The position numbers and the translations under genes were made by a program. Of a stretch of 64,000 nucleotides of DNA, positions 14,301 through 29,100 are shown piece by piece. The notes beneath the pieces are model-generated. The model worked only from the letters and a program-made list of their open reading frames with translations, made no database searches and was not told where the DNA came from. The stretch spans positions 37,262,001 through 37,326,000 of the forward strand of contig OZ024748.1 in NCBI GenBank assembly GCA_964016885.1, in the 5' to 3' direction. The stretch is from Eledone cirrhosa. Taxonomy: Eukaryota. How positions within the stretch are numbered: position 1 is the stretch's first letter; each line of letters begins with the position of its first letter.

Positions 14301-14899
14301 ATCTAGTGTGACAATGTTAGTGTCAGTGTTAACTACCTCTAGATATAGTGTGACAATGTCAGTGTCAGTGTTTACTACCTCTAGATCTAGTATGACAATG
14401 TTAGTGTCAGTGTTAACTACCTCTAGATCTAGTGTGACAATGTTAGTGTCAGTGTTAACTACCTCTAGATATAGTATGACAATGTCAGTGTCAGTGTTAA
14501 CTACCTCTAGATCTAGTATGACAATGTCAGTGTCAGTGTTAACTACCTCTAGATCTAGTATGACAATGTCAGTGTCAGTGTTAACTACCACTAGATCTAG
14601 TATGACAATGTCAGTGTCAGTGTTAACTACCACTAGATCTAGTATGACAATGTCAGAGTTAACTACCTCTAGATCTAGTATGACCATGTCAGTGTCAGTG
14701 TTAACTACCTCTATATCTAGTATGACAATGTCAGTGTCAGTGTTAACTACCACTAGATCTAGTATGACAATGTCAGAGTTAACTACCTCTAGATCTAATA
14801 TGACAATGTCAGTGTCAGTGTTAACTACCTCTAGATCTAGTGTGACAATGTTAGTGTCAGTGTTAACTACCTCTAGATCTAGTATGACAATGTTAGTGT

Positions 14900-16345
14900 C
14901 AGTGTTAACTACAACTAGGTCTAGTATGACAATGTCAGTGTCAGTGTTAACTACCTCTAGATCTAGTATGACAATGTCAGTGTCAGTGTTAACTACCTCT
15001 AGATCTAGTATGACAATGTTAGTGTCAGTGTTAACTACCACTAGATCTAGTATGACAATGTCAGTGTCAGTGTTAACTACCACTAGGTCTAGTATGACAA
15101 TGTCAGTGTTAACTACCTCTAGATCTAGTATGACAATGTTAGTGTCAGTGTTAACTACCTCTAGATCTAGTATGACAATGTTAGTGTCAGTGTTAACTAG
15201 CTCTAGATCTAGTATGACAAGGTTAACTACCTCTAGATCTAGTATGACAATGTTAGTGTCAGTGTTAACTACCTCTAGATATAGTATGACAATGTCAGTG
15301 TCAGTGTTTACTACCTCTAGATCTAGTATGACAATGTTAGTGTCAGTGTTAACTACTTGTAGATCTAGTGTGACAATGTTAGTGTCAGTGTTAACTACCT
15401 CTAGATATAGTATGACAATGTTAGTGTCAGTGTTAACTACCTCTAGATCTAGTATGACAATGTTAGTGTCAGTGTTAACTACCTCTAGATCTAGTATGAC
15501 AATGTTAGTGTCAGTGTTAACTACCTCTAGATCTAGTGTGACAATGTTAGTGTCAGTGTTAACTACATCTAGATAGAGTATGACAATGTCAGTGTCAGTG
15601 TTAACTACCTCTAGATCTAGTATGACAATGTCAGTGTCATGGTTAACTACCTCTAGATCTAGTGTGACAATGTTAGTGTCAGTGTTAACTACCACTAGAT
15701 CTAGTATGACAATGTCAGTGTCAGTGTTAACTACCTCTAGATCTAGTATGACAATGTTAGTGTCAGTGTTAACTACCACTAGATCTAGTATGACAATGTC
15801 AGTGGCAGGGTTAACTACCTCAAGATCTAGTGTGACAATGTCAGTGTCAGTGTTAACTACCTCTAGATCTAGTATGACAATGTCAGTGTCAGTGTTAACT
15901 ACCTCTAGATCTAGTATGACAATGTTAGTGTCAGTGTTAACTACCTCTAGATCTAGTATGACAATGTTAGTGTCAGTGTTAACTACCTCTAGATCTAGTG
16001 TGACAATGTTAGTGTCAGTGTTAACTACCTCAAGATCTAGTGTGACAATGTTAGTGTCATTGTTAACTACCTCTAGTTATAGTATGACAATGTTAGTGTC
16101 AGTGTTAACTACCTGTAGATCTAGTATGACAATATCAGTGTCAGTGTTAACTACCTCTAGATCTAGTATGACAATTTTAGTGTCAGTGTTATCTACCTCT
16201 AGATCTAGTATGACAATGTCAGTGTCAGTGTTAACTACCTCTAGATCTAGTGAGACGATGTTAGTGTCAGTGTTAACTACCTGTAGATCTAGTATGACAA
16301 TGTCAGTGTCAGGGTTAACTACCTCTAGATCTAGTATGACAATGT
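14900..16345. repeat. Island of diverged monomers within the array
   Basis: Dense cluster of otherwise rare changes: 6-bp deletion at 15103, 12-bp deletion near 15220, 'acttgt' 15355, 'acatctagatag' 15565, 'tcatgg' 15637, 'gcaggg' 15805, 'agttat' 16075, 'ttatct' 16189, 'gagacg' 16252. Confidence 0.85.
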
Positions 16346-16649
16346 CAGTGTCAGTGTTAACTACCTCTAGATCTAGTATGACAATGTTAGTGTCAGTGTT
16401 AACTACCTCTAGATCTAGTGTGACAATGTCAGTGTCAGTGTTAACTACCTCTAGATCTAGTATGACAATGTTAGTGTCAGTGTTAACTATCTCTAGATCT
16501 AGTGTGACAATGTTAGTGTCAGTGTTAACTACCTCTAGATATAGTATGACAATGTCAGTGTCAGTGTTAACTACCTCTAGATCTAGTATGACAATGTTAG
16601 TGTCAGTGTTAACTACCTCTAGATATAGTATGACAATGTCAGTGTCAGT

Positions 16650-19600
16650 GTTAACTACCTCTAGATCTAGTATGACAATGTCAGTGTCAGTGTTAACTAC
16701 CACAAGATCTAGTGTGACAATGTTAGTGTCAGTGTTAACTACCTCTAGATATAGTATGACAATGTCAGTGTCAGTGTTTACTACCTCTAGATCTAGTATG
16801 ACAATGTTAGTGTCAGTGTTAACTACCTCTAGATCTAGTGTGACAATGTTAGTGTCAGTGTTAACTACCTCTAGATATAGTATGACAATGTCAGTGTCAG
16901 TGTTAACTACCTCTAGATCTAGTATGACAATGTCAGTGTCAGTGTTAACTACCTCTAGATCTAGTATGACAATGTCAGTGTCAGTGTTAACTACCCCTAG
17001 ATCTAGTATGACAATGTCAGTGTCAGTGTTAACTACCACTAGATCTAGTATGACAATGTCAGAGTTAACTACCTCTAGATCTAGTATGACAATGTCAGTG
17101 TCAGTGTTAACTACCTCTATATCTAGTATGACAATGTCAGTGTCAGTGTTAACTACCACTAGATCTAGTATGACAATGTCAGAGTTAACTACCTCTAGAT
17201 CTAATATGACAATGTCAGTGTCAGTGTTAACTACCTCTAGATCTAGTGTGACAATGTTAGTGTCAGTGTTAACTACCTCTAGATCTAGTATGACAATGTT
17301 AGTGTCAGTGTTAACTACCACTAGGTCTAGTATGACAATGTCAGTGTCAGTGTTAACTACCTCTAGATCTAGTATGACAATGTCAGTGTCAGTGTTAACT
17401 ACCTCTAGATCTAGTATGACAATGTTAGTGTCAGTGTTAACTACCACTAGATCTAGTATGACAATGTCAGTGTCAGTGTTAACTACCTCTAGATCTAGTA
17501 TGACAATGTTAGTGTCAGTGTTAACTACCTCTAGATCTAGTATGACAATGTTAGTGTCAGTGTTAACTACCTCTAGATCTAGTGTGACAATGTTAGTGTC
17601 AGTGTTAACTACCTCTAGATCTAGTATGACAATGTCAGTGTCAGTGTTAACTACCTCTAGATCTAGTATGACAATGTCAGTGTCAGTGTTAACTACCTCT
17701 AGATCTAGTAAGACAATGTCAGTGTCAGTGTTAACTACCTCTAGATCTAGTATGACAATGTCAGTGTCAGTGTTAACTACCTCTAGATCTAGTAAGACAA
17801 TGTCAGTGTCAGTGTTAACTACCTCTAGATCTAGTGTGACAATGTTAGTGTCAGTGTTAACTACCTCTAGATCTAGTGTGACAATGTTAGTGTCAGTGTT
17901 AACTACCTCTAGATCTAGTATGACAATGTCAGTGTCAGTGTTAACTACCTCTAGATCTAGTATGACAATGTTAGTGTCAGTGTTAACTACCTCTAGATCT
18001 AGTGTGACAATGTCAGTGTCAGTGTTAACTACCTCTAGATCTAGTATGACAATGTTAGTGTCAGTGTTAACTATCTCTAGATCTAGTGTGACAATGTTAG
18101 TGTCAGTGTTAACTACCTCTAGATATAGTATGACAATGTCAGTGTCAGTGTTAACTACCTCTAGATCTAGTATGACAATGTCAGTGTCAGTGTTAACTAC
18201 CACAAGATCTAGTGTGACAATGTTAGTGTCAGTGTTAACTACCTCTAGATATTGTATGACAATGTCAGTGTCAGTGTTTACTACCTCTAGATCTAGTATG
18301 ACAATGTTAGTGTCAGTGTTAACTACCTCTAGATCTAGTGTGACAATGTTAGTGTCAGTGTTAACTACCTCTAGATATAGTATGACAATGTCAGTGTCAG
18401 TGTTAACTACCACAAGATCTAGTGTGACAATGTTAGTGTCAGTGTTAACTACCTGTAGATATAGTATGACAATATCAGTGTCAGTGTTTACTACCTCTAG
18501 ATCTAGTATGACAATGTTAGTGTCAGTGTTAACTACCTCTAGATCTAGTATGACAATGTCAGTGTCAGTGTTAACTACCTCTAGATCTAGTATGACAATG
18601 TTAGTGTCAGTGTTAACTAACACTAGATCTAGTATGACAATGTCAGTGTCAGTGTTAACTACCTCTAGATCTAGTATGACAATGTTATTGTCAGTGTTAA
18701 CTACCTCTAGATCTAGTATGACAATGTTAGTGTCAGTGTTAACTACCTCTAGATCTAGTATGACAATGTTAGTGTCAGTGTTAACTACCTCTAGATCTAG
18801 TATGACAATGTCAGTGTCAGTGTTAACTACCTCTAGATCTAGTATGACAATGTCAGTGTCAGGGTTAACTACCTCTAGATCTAGTATGACAATGTTAGTG
18901 TCAGTGTTAACTACCACTAGATCTAGTGTGACAATGTTAGTGTCAGTGTTAACTACCACTAGATCTAGTATGACAATGTCAGTGTCACTGTTAACTACCA
19001 CTAGATCTAGTGTGACAATGTTAGTGTCAGTGTTAACTACCATTAGATCTAGTGTGACAATGTTAGTGTCAGTGTTAACTACCACTAGATCTAGTATGAC
19101 AATGTCAGTTTCAGTGTTAACTACCTCTAGATCTAGTATGACAATGTTAGTGTCAGTGTTAACTACCTCTAGATCTAGTGTGACAATGTCAGTGTCAGTG
19201 TTAACTACCTCTAGATCTAGTATGACAATGTTAGTGTCAGTGTTAACTATCTCTAGATCTAGTGTGACAATGTTAGTGTCAGTGTTAACTACCTCTAGAT
19301 ATAGTATGACAATGTCAGTGTCAGTGTTAACTACCTCTCGATCTAGTATGACAATGTCAGTGTCAGTGTTAACTACCACAAGATCTAGTGTGACAATGTT
19401 AGTGTCAGTGTTAACTACCTCTAGATATAGTATGACAATATCAGTGTCAGTGTTTACTACCTCTAGATCTAGTATGACAATGTTAGTGTTAGTGTTAACT
19501 ACCTCTAGATCTAGTGTGACAATGTTAGTGTCAGTGTTAACTACCTCTAGATATAGTATGACAATGTCAGTGTCAGTGTTAACTACCTCTAGATCTAGTA

Positions 19601-19650
19601 TGACAATGTCAGTGTCAGTGTTAACTACCTCTAGATCTAGTATGACAATG
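16650..19650. repeat. Third dispersed copy of the block at about 1650-4700
   Basis: Short monomers 17059/17179 match 2041/2161 and 'atattgtatg' 18249 matches 3231 (offset 15018). 'agtttca' 19107 matches 4131 (offset 14976, one monomer fewer). Confidence 0.85.
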
Positions 19651-19707
19651 TTAGTGTCAGTGTTAACTAACACTAGATCTAGTATGACAATGTTAGTGTC
19701 AGTGTTA

Positions 19708-20112
19708 ACTACCTCTAGATCTAGTATGACAATGTTAGTGTCAGTGTTAACTACCTCTAGATCTAGTGTGACAATGTTAGTGTCAGTGTTAACTACCTCA
19801 AGATCTAGTGTGACAATGTTAGTGTCATTGTTAACTACCTCTAGTTATAGTATGACAATGTTAGTGTCAGTGTTAACTACCTGTAGATCTAGTATGACAA
19901 TATCAGTGTCAGTGTTAACTACCTCTAGATCTAGTATGACAATTTTAGTGTCAGTGTTATCTACCTCTAGATCTAGTATGACAATGTCAGTGTCAGTGTT
20001 AACTACCTCTAGATCTAGTGAGACGATGTTAGTGTCAGTGTTAACTACCTGTAGATCTAGTATGACAATGTCAGTGTCAGGGTTAACTACCTCTAGATCT
20101 AGTATGACAATG
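19708..20112. repeat. About 0.4-kb copy of the distal part of the diverged island (about 15940-16344)
   Basis: The same ordered rare variants (tcaaga, tcattg, agttat, att-tta, ttatct, gagacg) occur at offset 3768, including the minus-strand TAA at 16077 and 19845. Confidence 0.9.
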
Positions 20113-23100
20113 TTAGTGTTAGTGATAACTACCACTAGATCTAGTGTGACAATGTTAGTGTCAGTGTTAACTACCACTAGATCTAGTATGACAATGTCAG
20201 TGTCAGTGTTAACTACCTCTAGATCTAGTGTGACAATGTTAGTGTCAGTGTTAACTACCACTAGATCTAGTATGACAATGTCAGTGTCAGTGTTAACTAC
20301 CTCTAGATCTAGTATGACAATGTTAGTGTCAGTGTTAACTACCTCTAGATCTAGTGTGACAATGTCAGTGTCAGTGTTAACTACCTCTAGATCTAGTATG
20401 ACAATGTTAGTGTCAGTGTTAACTATCTCTAGATCTAGTGTGACAATGTTAGTGTCAGTGTTAACTACCTCTAGATATAGTATGACAATGTCAGTGTCAG
20501 TGTTAACTACCTCTAGATCTAGTATGACAATGTCAGTGTCAGTGTTAACTACCACAAGATCTAGTGTGACAATGTTAGTGTCAGTGTTAACTACCTCTAG
20601 ATATAGTATGACAATGTCAGTGTCAGTGTTTACTACCTCTAGATCTAGTATGACAATGTTAGTGTCAGTGTTAACTACCTCTAGATCTAGTGTGACAATG
20701 TTAGTGTCAGTGTTAACTACCTCTAGATATAGTATGACAATGTCAGTGTCAGTGTTAACTACCTCTAGATCTAGTATGACAATGTCAGTGTCAGTGTTAA
20801 CTACCTCTAGATCTAGTATGACAATGTCAGTGTCAGTGTTAACTACCACTAGATCTAGTATGACAATGTCAGTGTCAGTGTTAACTACCACTAGATCTAG
20901 TATGACAATGTCAGAGTTAACTACCTCAAGATCTAGTATGACAATGTCAGTGTCAGTGTTAACTACCTCTATATCTAGTATGACAATGTCAGTGTCAGTG
21001 TTAACTATTACTAGATCTAGTATGACAATGTCAGAGTTAACTACCTCTAGATCTAATATGACAATGTCAGTGTCAGTGTTAACTACCTCTAGATCTAGTG
21101 TGACAATGTTAGTGTCAGTGTTAACTACCTCTAGATCTAGTATGACAATGTTAGTGTCAGTGTTAACTACCACTAGGTCTAGTATGACAATGTCAGTGTC
21201 AGTGTTAACTACCTCTAGATCTAGTATGACAATGTCAGTGTCAGTGTTAACTACCTCTAGATCTAGTATGACAATGTTAGTGTCAGTGTTAACTACCACT
21301 AGATCTAGTATGACAATGTCAGTGTCAGTGTTAACTACCTCTAGATCTAGTATGACAATGTTAGTGTCAGTGTTAACTACCTCTAGATCTAGTATGACAA
21401 TGTTAGTGTCAGTGTTAACTACCTCTAGATCTAGTGTGACAATGTTAGTGTCAGTGTTAACTACCTCTAGATCTAGTATGACAATGTCAGTGTCAGTGTT
21501 AACTACCTCTAGATCTAGTATGACAATGTCAGTGTCAGTGTTAACTACCTCTAGATCTAGTAAGACAATGTCAGTGTCAGTGTTAACTACCTCTAGATCT
21601 AGTATGACAATGTCAGTGTCAGTGTTAACTACCTCTAGATCTAGTAAGACAATGTCAGTGTCAGTGTTAACTACCTCTAGATCTAGTGTGACAATGTTAG
21701 TGTCAGTGTTAACTACCTCTAGATCTAGTGTGACAATGTTAGTGTCAGTGTTAACTACCTCTAGATCTAGTATGACAATGTCAGTGTCAGTGTTAACTAC
21801 CTCTAGATCTAGTATGACAATGTTAGTGTCAGTGTTAACAACCTCTAGATCTAGTGTGACAATGTCAGTGTCAGTGTTAACTACCTCTAGATCTAGTATG
21901 ACAATGTTAGTGTCAGTGTTAACTATCTCTAGATCTAGTGTGACAATGTTAGTGTCAGTGTTAACTACCTCTAGATATAGTATGACAATGTCAGTGTCAG
22001 TGTTAACTACCTCTAGATCTAGTATGACAATGTCAGTGTCAGTGTTAACTACCACATGATCTAGTGTGACAATGTTAGTGTCAGTGTTAACTACCTCTAG
22101 ATATAGTATGACAATGTCAGTGTCAGTGTTTACTACCTCTAGATCTAGTATGACAATGTTAGTGTCAGTGTTAACTACCTCTAGATCTAGTGTGACAATG
22201 TTAGTGTCAGTGTTAACTACCTCTAGATATAGTATGACAATGTCAGTGTCAGTGTTAACTACCTCTAGATCTAGTATGACAATGTCAGTGTCAGTGTTAA
22301 CTACCTCTAGATCTAGTATGACAATGTCAGTGTCAGTGTTAACTACCATTAGATCTAGTATGACAATGTCAGTGTCAGTGTTAACTACCACTAGATCTAG
22401 TATGACAATGTCAGAGTTAACTACCTCTAGATCTAGTATGACAATGTCAGTGTCAGTGTTAACTACCTCTATATCTAGTATGACAATGTCAGTGTCAGTG
22501 TTAACTACCACTAGATCTAGTATGACAATGTCAGAGTTAACTACCTCTAGATCTAATATGACAATGTCAGTGTCAGTGTTAACTACCTCTAGATCTAGTG
22601 TGACAATGTTAGTGTCAGTGTTAACTACCTCTAGATCTAGTATGACAATGTTAGTGTCAGTGTTAACTACCACTAGGTCTAGTATGACAATGTCAGTGTC
22701 AGTGTTAACTACCTCTAGATCTAGTATGACAATGTCAGTGTCAGTGTTAACTACCTCTAGATCTAGTATGACAATGTTAGTGTCAGTGTTAACTACCACT
22801 AGATCTAGTATGACAATGTCAGTGTCAGTGTTAACTACCTCTAGATCTAGTATGACAATGTTAGTGTCAGTGTTAACTACCTCTAGATCTAGTATGACAA
22901 TGTTAGTGTCAGTGTTAACTACCTCTAGATCTAGTGTGACAATGTTAGTGTCAGTGTTAACTACCTCTAGATCTAGTATGACAATGTCAGTGTCAGTGTT
23001 AACTACCTCTAGATCTAGTATGACAATGTCAGTGTCAGTGTTAACTACCTCTAGATCTAGTAAGACAATGTCAGTGTCAGTGTTAACTACCTCTAGATCT

Positions 23101-26100
23101 AGTATGACAATGTCAGTGTCAGTGTTAACTACCTCTAGATCTAGTAAGACAATGTCAGTGTCAGTGTTAACTACCTCTAGATCTAGTGTGACAATGTTAG
23201 TGTCAGTGTTAACTACCTCTAGATCTAGTGTGACAATGTTAGTGTCAGTGTTAACTACCTCTAGATCTAGTATGACAATGTCAGTGTCAGTGTTAACTAC
23301 CTCTAGATCTAGTATGACAATGTTAGTGTCAGTGTTAACAACCTCTAGATCTAGTGTGACAATGTCAGTGTCAGTGTTAACTACCTCTAGATCTAGTATG
23401 ACAATGTTAGTGTCAGTGTTAACTATCTCTAGATCTAGTGTGACAATGTTAGTGTCAGTGTTAACTACCTCTAGATATAGTATGACAATGTCAGTGTCAG
23501 TGTTAACTACCTCTAGATCTAGTATGACAATGTCAGTGTCAGTGTTAACTACCACAAGATCTAGTGTGACAATGTTAGTGTCAGTGTTAACTACCTCTAG
23601 ATATTGTATGACAATGTCAGTGTCAGTGTTTACTACCTCTAGATCTAGTATGACAATGTTAGTGTCAGTGTTAACTACCTCTAGATCTAGTGTGACAATG
23701 TTAGTGTCAGTGTTAACTACCTCTAGATATAGTATGACAATGTCAGTGTCAGTGTTAACTACCACAAGATCTAGTGTGACAATGTTAGTGTCAGTGTTAA
23801 CTACCTCTAGATCTAGTATGACAATATCAGTGTCAGTGTTTACTACCTCTAGATCTAGTATGACAATGTTAGTGTCAGTGTTAACTACCTCTAGATCTAG
23901 TGTGACAATGTTAGTGTCAGTGTTAACTACCTCTAGATCTAGTATGACAATGTCAGTGTCAGTGTTAACTACCTCTAGATCTAGTATGACAATGTTAGTG
24001 TCAGTGTTAACTAACACTAGATCTAGTATGACAATGTCAGTGTCAGTGTTAACTACCTCTAGATCTAGTATGACAATGTTATTGTCAGTGTTAACTACCT
24101 CTAGATCTAGTATGACAATGTTAGTGTCAGTGTTAACTACCTCTAGATCTAGTATGACAATGTTAGTGTCAGTGTTAACTACCTCTAGATCTAGTATGAC
24201 AATGTCAGTGTCAGTGTTAACTACCTCTAGATCTAGTATGACAATGTCAGTGTCAGGGTTAACTACCTCTAGATCTAGTATGACAATGTTAGTGTCAGTG
24301 TTAACTACCACTAGATCTAGTGTGACAATGTTAGTGTCAGTGTTAACTACCACTAGATCTAGTATGACAATGTCAGTGTCACTGTTAACTACCACTAGAT
24401 CTAGTGTGACAATGTTAGTGTCAGTGTTAACTACCATTAGATCTAGTGTGACAATGTTAGTGTCAGTGTTAACTACCACTAGATCTAGTATGACAATGTC
24501 AGTTTCAGTGTTAACTACCTCTAGATCTAGTATGACAATGTTAGTGTCAGTGTTAACTACCTCTAGATCTAGTGTGACAATGTCAGTGTCAGTGTTAACT
24601 ACCTCTAGATCTAGTATGACAATGTTAGTGTCAGTGTTAACTATCTCTAGATCTAGTGTGACAATGTTAGTGTCAGTGTTAACTACCTCTAGATATAGTA
24701 TGACAATGTCAGTGTCAGTGTTAACTACCTCTCGATCTAGTATGACAATGTCAGTGTCAGTGTTAACTACCACAAGATCTAGTGTGACAATGTTAGTGTC
24801 AGTGTTAACTACCTCTAGATATAGTATGACAATATCAGTGTCAGTGTTAACTACCTCTAGATCTAGTATGACAATGTTAGTGTTAGTGTTAACTACCTCT
24901 AGATCTAGTGTGACAATGTTAGTGTCAGTGTTAACTACCTCTAGATATAGTATGACAATGTCAGTGTCAGTGTTAACTACCTCTAGATCTAGTATGACAA
25001 TGTCAGTGTCAGTGTTAACTACCTCTAGATCTAGTATGACAATGTCAGTGTCAGTGTTAACTACCACTAGATCTAGTATGACAATGTCAGTGTCAGTGTT
25101 AACTACCACAAGATCTAGTGTGACAATGTCAGTGTCAGTGTTAACTACCTCTAGATCTAGTATGACAATGTTAGTGTCAGTGTTAACTACCTCTAGATCT
25201 AGTATGACAATGTTAGTGTCAGTGTTAACTAACACTAGATCTAGTATGACAATGTCAGTGTCAGTGTTAACTACCTCTAGATCTAGTATGACAATGTTAT
25301 TGTCAGTGTTAACTACCTCTAGATCTAGTATGACAATGTTAGTGTCAGTGTTAACTACCTCTAGATCTAGTGTGACAATGTTAGTGTCAGTGTTAACTAC
25401 CTCTAGATCTAGTATGACAATGTCAGTGTCAGTGTTAACTACCTCTAGATCTAGTATGACAATGTCAGTGTCAGGGTTAACTACCACTAGATCTAGTATG
25501 ACAATGTTAGTGTCAGTGTTAACTACCACTAGATCTAGTGTGACAATGTTAGTGTCAGTGTTAACTACCACTAGATCTAGTATGACAATATCAGTGTCAC
25601 TGTTAACTACCACTAGATCTAGTGTGACAATGTTAGTGTCAGTGTTAACTACCACTAGATCTAGTGTGACAATGTTAGTGTCAGTGTTAACTACCACTAG
25701 CTCTAGTATGACAATGTCAGTGTCAGTGTTAACTACCTCTAGATCTAGTATGACAATGTTAGTGTCAGTGTTAACTACCTCTAGATCTAGTGTGACAATG
25801 TCAGTGTCAGTGTTAACTACCTCTAGATCTAGTATGACAATGTTAGTGTCAGTGTTAACTATCTCTAGATCTAGTGTGACAATGTTAGTGTCAGTGTTAA
25901 CTACCTCTAGATATAGTATGACAATGTCAGTGTCAGTGTTAACTACCTCTCGATCTAGTATGACAATGTCAGTGTCAGTGTTAACTACCACAAGATCTAG
26001 TGTGACAATGTTAGTGTCAGTGTTAACTACCTCTAGATATAGTATGACAATGTCAGTGTCAGTGTTTACTACCTCTAGATCTAGTATGACAATGTTAGTG

Positions 26101-29100
26101 TCAGTGTTAACTACCTCTAGATCTAGTGTGACAATGTTAGTGTCAGTGTTAACTACCTCTAGATATAGTATGACAATGTCAGTGTCAGTGTTAACTACCT
26201 CTAGATCTAGTATGACAATGTCAGTGTCAGTGTTAACTACCTCTAGATCTAGTATGACAATGTCAGTGTCAGTGTTAACTACCACTAGATCTAGTATGAC
26301 AATGTCAGTGTCAGTGTTAACTACCACAAGATCTAGTGTGACAATGTTAGTGTCAGTGTTAACTACCTCTAGATCTAGTATGACAATGTCAGAGTTAACT
26401 ACCTCTAGATCTAGTATGACAATGTCAGTGTCAGTGTTAACTACCTCTAGATCTAGTATGACAATGTCAGTGTCAGTGTTAACAACCTCTAGATCTAGTA
26501 TGACAATGTTAGTGTCAGTGTTAACTACCACTATGTCTAGTATGACAATGTCAGTGTCAGTGTTAACTACCTCTAGATATAGTATGACAATGTCAGTGTC
26601 AGTGTTAACTACCTCTAGATCTAGTATGACAATGTCAGTGTCAGTGTTAACTACCACAAGATCTAGTGTGACAATGTTAGTGTCAGTGTTAACTACCTCT
26701 AGATATAGTATGACAATGTCAGTGTCAGTGTTTACTACCTCTAGATCTAGTATGACAATGTTAGTGTCAGTGTTAACTACCTCTAGATCTAGTGTGACAA
26801 TGTTAGTGTCAGTGTTAACTACCTCTAGATATAGTATGACAATGTCAGTGTCAGTGTTAACTACCACAAGATCTAGTGTGACAATGTTAGTGTCAGTGTT
26901 AACTACCTGTAGATATAGTATGACAATGTCAGTGTCAGTGTTTACTACCTCTAGATCTAGTATGACAATGTCAGTGTCAGTGTTAACTACCTCTAGATCT
27001 AGTGTGACAATGTTAGTGTCAGTGTTAACTACCACTAGATCTAGTATGACAATGACAGTGTCACTGTTAACTACCACTAGATCTAGTGTGACAATGTTAG
27101 TGTCAGTGTTAACTACCACTATGTCTAGTATGACAATGTCAGTGTCAGTGTTAACTACCTCTAGATATAGTATGACAATGTCAGTGTCAGTGTTAACTAC
27201 CTCTAGATCTAGTATGACAATGTCAGTGTCAGTGTTAACTACCACAAGATCTAGTGTGACAATGTTAGTGTCAGTGTTAACTACCTCTAGATATAGTATG
27301 ACAATGTCAGTGTCAGTGTTTACTACCTCTAGATCTAGTATGACAATGTTAGTGTCAGTGTTAACTACCTCTAGATCTAGTGTGACAATGTTAGTGTCAG
27401 TGTTAACTACCTCTAGATATAGTATGACAATGTCAGTGTCAGTGTTAACTACCACAAGATCTAGTGTGACAATGTTAGTGTCAGTGTTAACTACCTGTAG
27501 ATATAGTATTACAATGTCAGTGTCAGTGTTTACTACCTCTAGATCTAGTATGACAATGTCAGTGTCAGTGTTAACTACCTCTAGATCTAGTATGACAATG
27601 TTAGTGTCAGTGTTAACTACCTCTAGATCTAGTATGACAATGTTAGTGTCAGTGTTAACTATCTCTAGATCTTGTGTGACAATGTTAGTGTCAGTGTTAA
27701 CTACCTCTAGATATAGTATGACAATGTCAGTGTCAGTGTTAACTACCTCTAGATCTAGTATGACAATGTCAGTGTCAGTGTTAACTACCACAAGATCTAG
27801 TGTGACAATGTTAGTGTCAGTGTTAACTACCTCTAGATATAGTATGACAATGTCAGTGTCAGTGTTTACTACCTCTAGATCTAGTATGACAATGTTAGTG
27901 TCAGTGTTAACTACCTCTAGATCTAGTGTGACAATGTTAGTGTCAGTGTTAACTACCTCTAGATATAGTATGACAATGTCAGTGTCAGTGTTAACTACCA
28001 CAAGATCTAGTGTGACAATGTTAGTGTCAGTGTTAACTACCTGTAGATATAGTATGACAATATCAGTGTCAGTGTTTACTACCTCTAGATCTAGTATGAC
28101 AATGTTAGTGTCAGTGTTAACTACCTCTAGATCTAGTGTGACAATGTTAGTGTCAGTGTTAACTACCTCTAGATCTAGTATGACAATGTCAGTGTCAGTG
28201 TTAACTACCTCTAGATCTGGTATGACAATGTTAGTGTCAGTGTTAACTAACACTAGATCTAGTATGACAATGTCAGTGTCAGTGTTAACTACCTCTAGAT
28301 CTAGTATGACAATGTTATTGTCAGTGTTAACTACCTCTAGATCTAGTATGACAATGTCAGTGTCACTGTTAACTACCACTAGATCTAGTGTGACAATGTT
28401 AGTGTCAGTGTTAACTACCATTAGATCTAGTGTGACAATGTTAGTGTTAGTGTTAACTACCACTAGATCTAGTATGACAATGTCAGTGTCAGTGTTAACT
28501 ACCTCTAGATCTAGTATGACAATGTTAGTGTCAGTGTTAACTACCTCTAGATCTAGTGTGACAATGTCAGTGTCAGTGTTAACTACCTCTAGATCTAGTA
28601 TGACAATGTTAGTGTCAGTGTTAACTATCTCTAGATCTAGTGTGACAATGTTAGTGTCAGTGTTAACTACCTCTAGATATAGTATGACAATGTCAGTGTC
28701 AGTGTTAACTACCTCTCGATCTAGTATGACAATGTCAGTGTCAGTGTTAACTACCACAAGATCTAGTGTGACAATGTTAGTGTCAGTGTTAACTACCTCT
28801 AGATATAGTATGACAATATCAGTGTCAGTGTTTACTACCTCTAGATCTAGTATGACAATGTTAGTGTTAGTGTTAACTACCTCTAGATCTAGTGTGACAA
28901 TGTTAGTGTCAGTGTTAACTACCTCTAGATATAGTATGACAATGTCAGTGTCAGTGTTAACTACCTCTAGATCTAGTATGACAATGTCAGTGTCAGTGTT
29001 AACTACCACTAGATCTAGTATGACAATGTCAGTGTCAGTGTTAACTACCACTAGATCTAGTATGACAATGCCAGTGTCAGTGTTAACTACCACAAGATCT

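Noticed and set aside
16077-19673. Separate 1198-aa minus-strand gene
   Set aside because: It is the stretch of the same repeat frame between two copies of one TAT>TAA variant, with an arbitrary GTG start.
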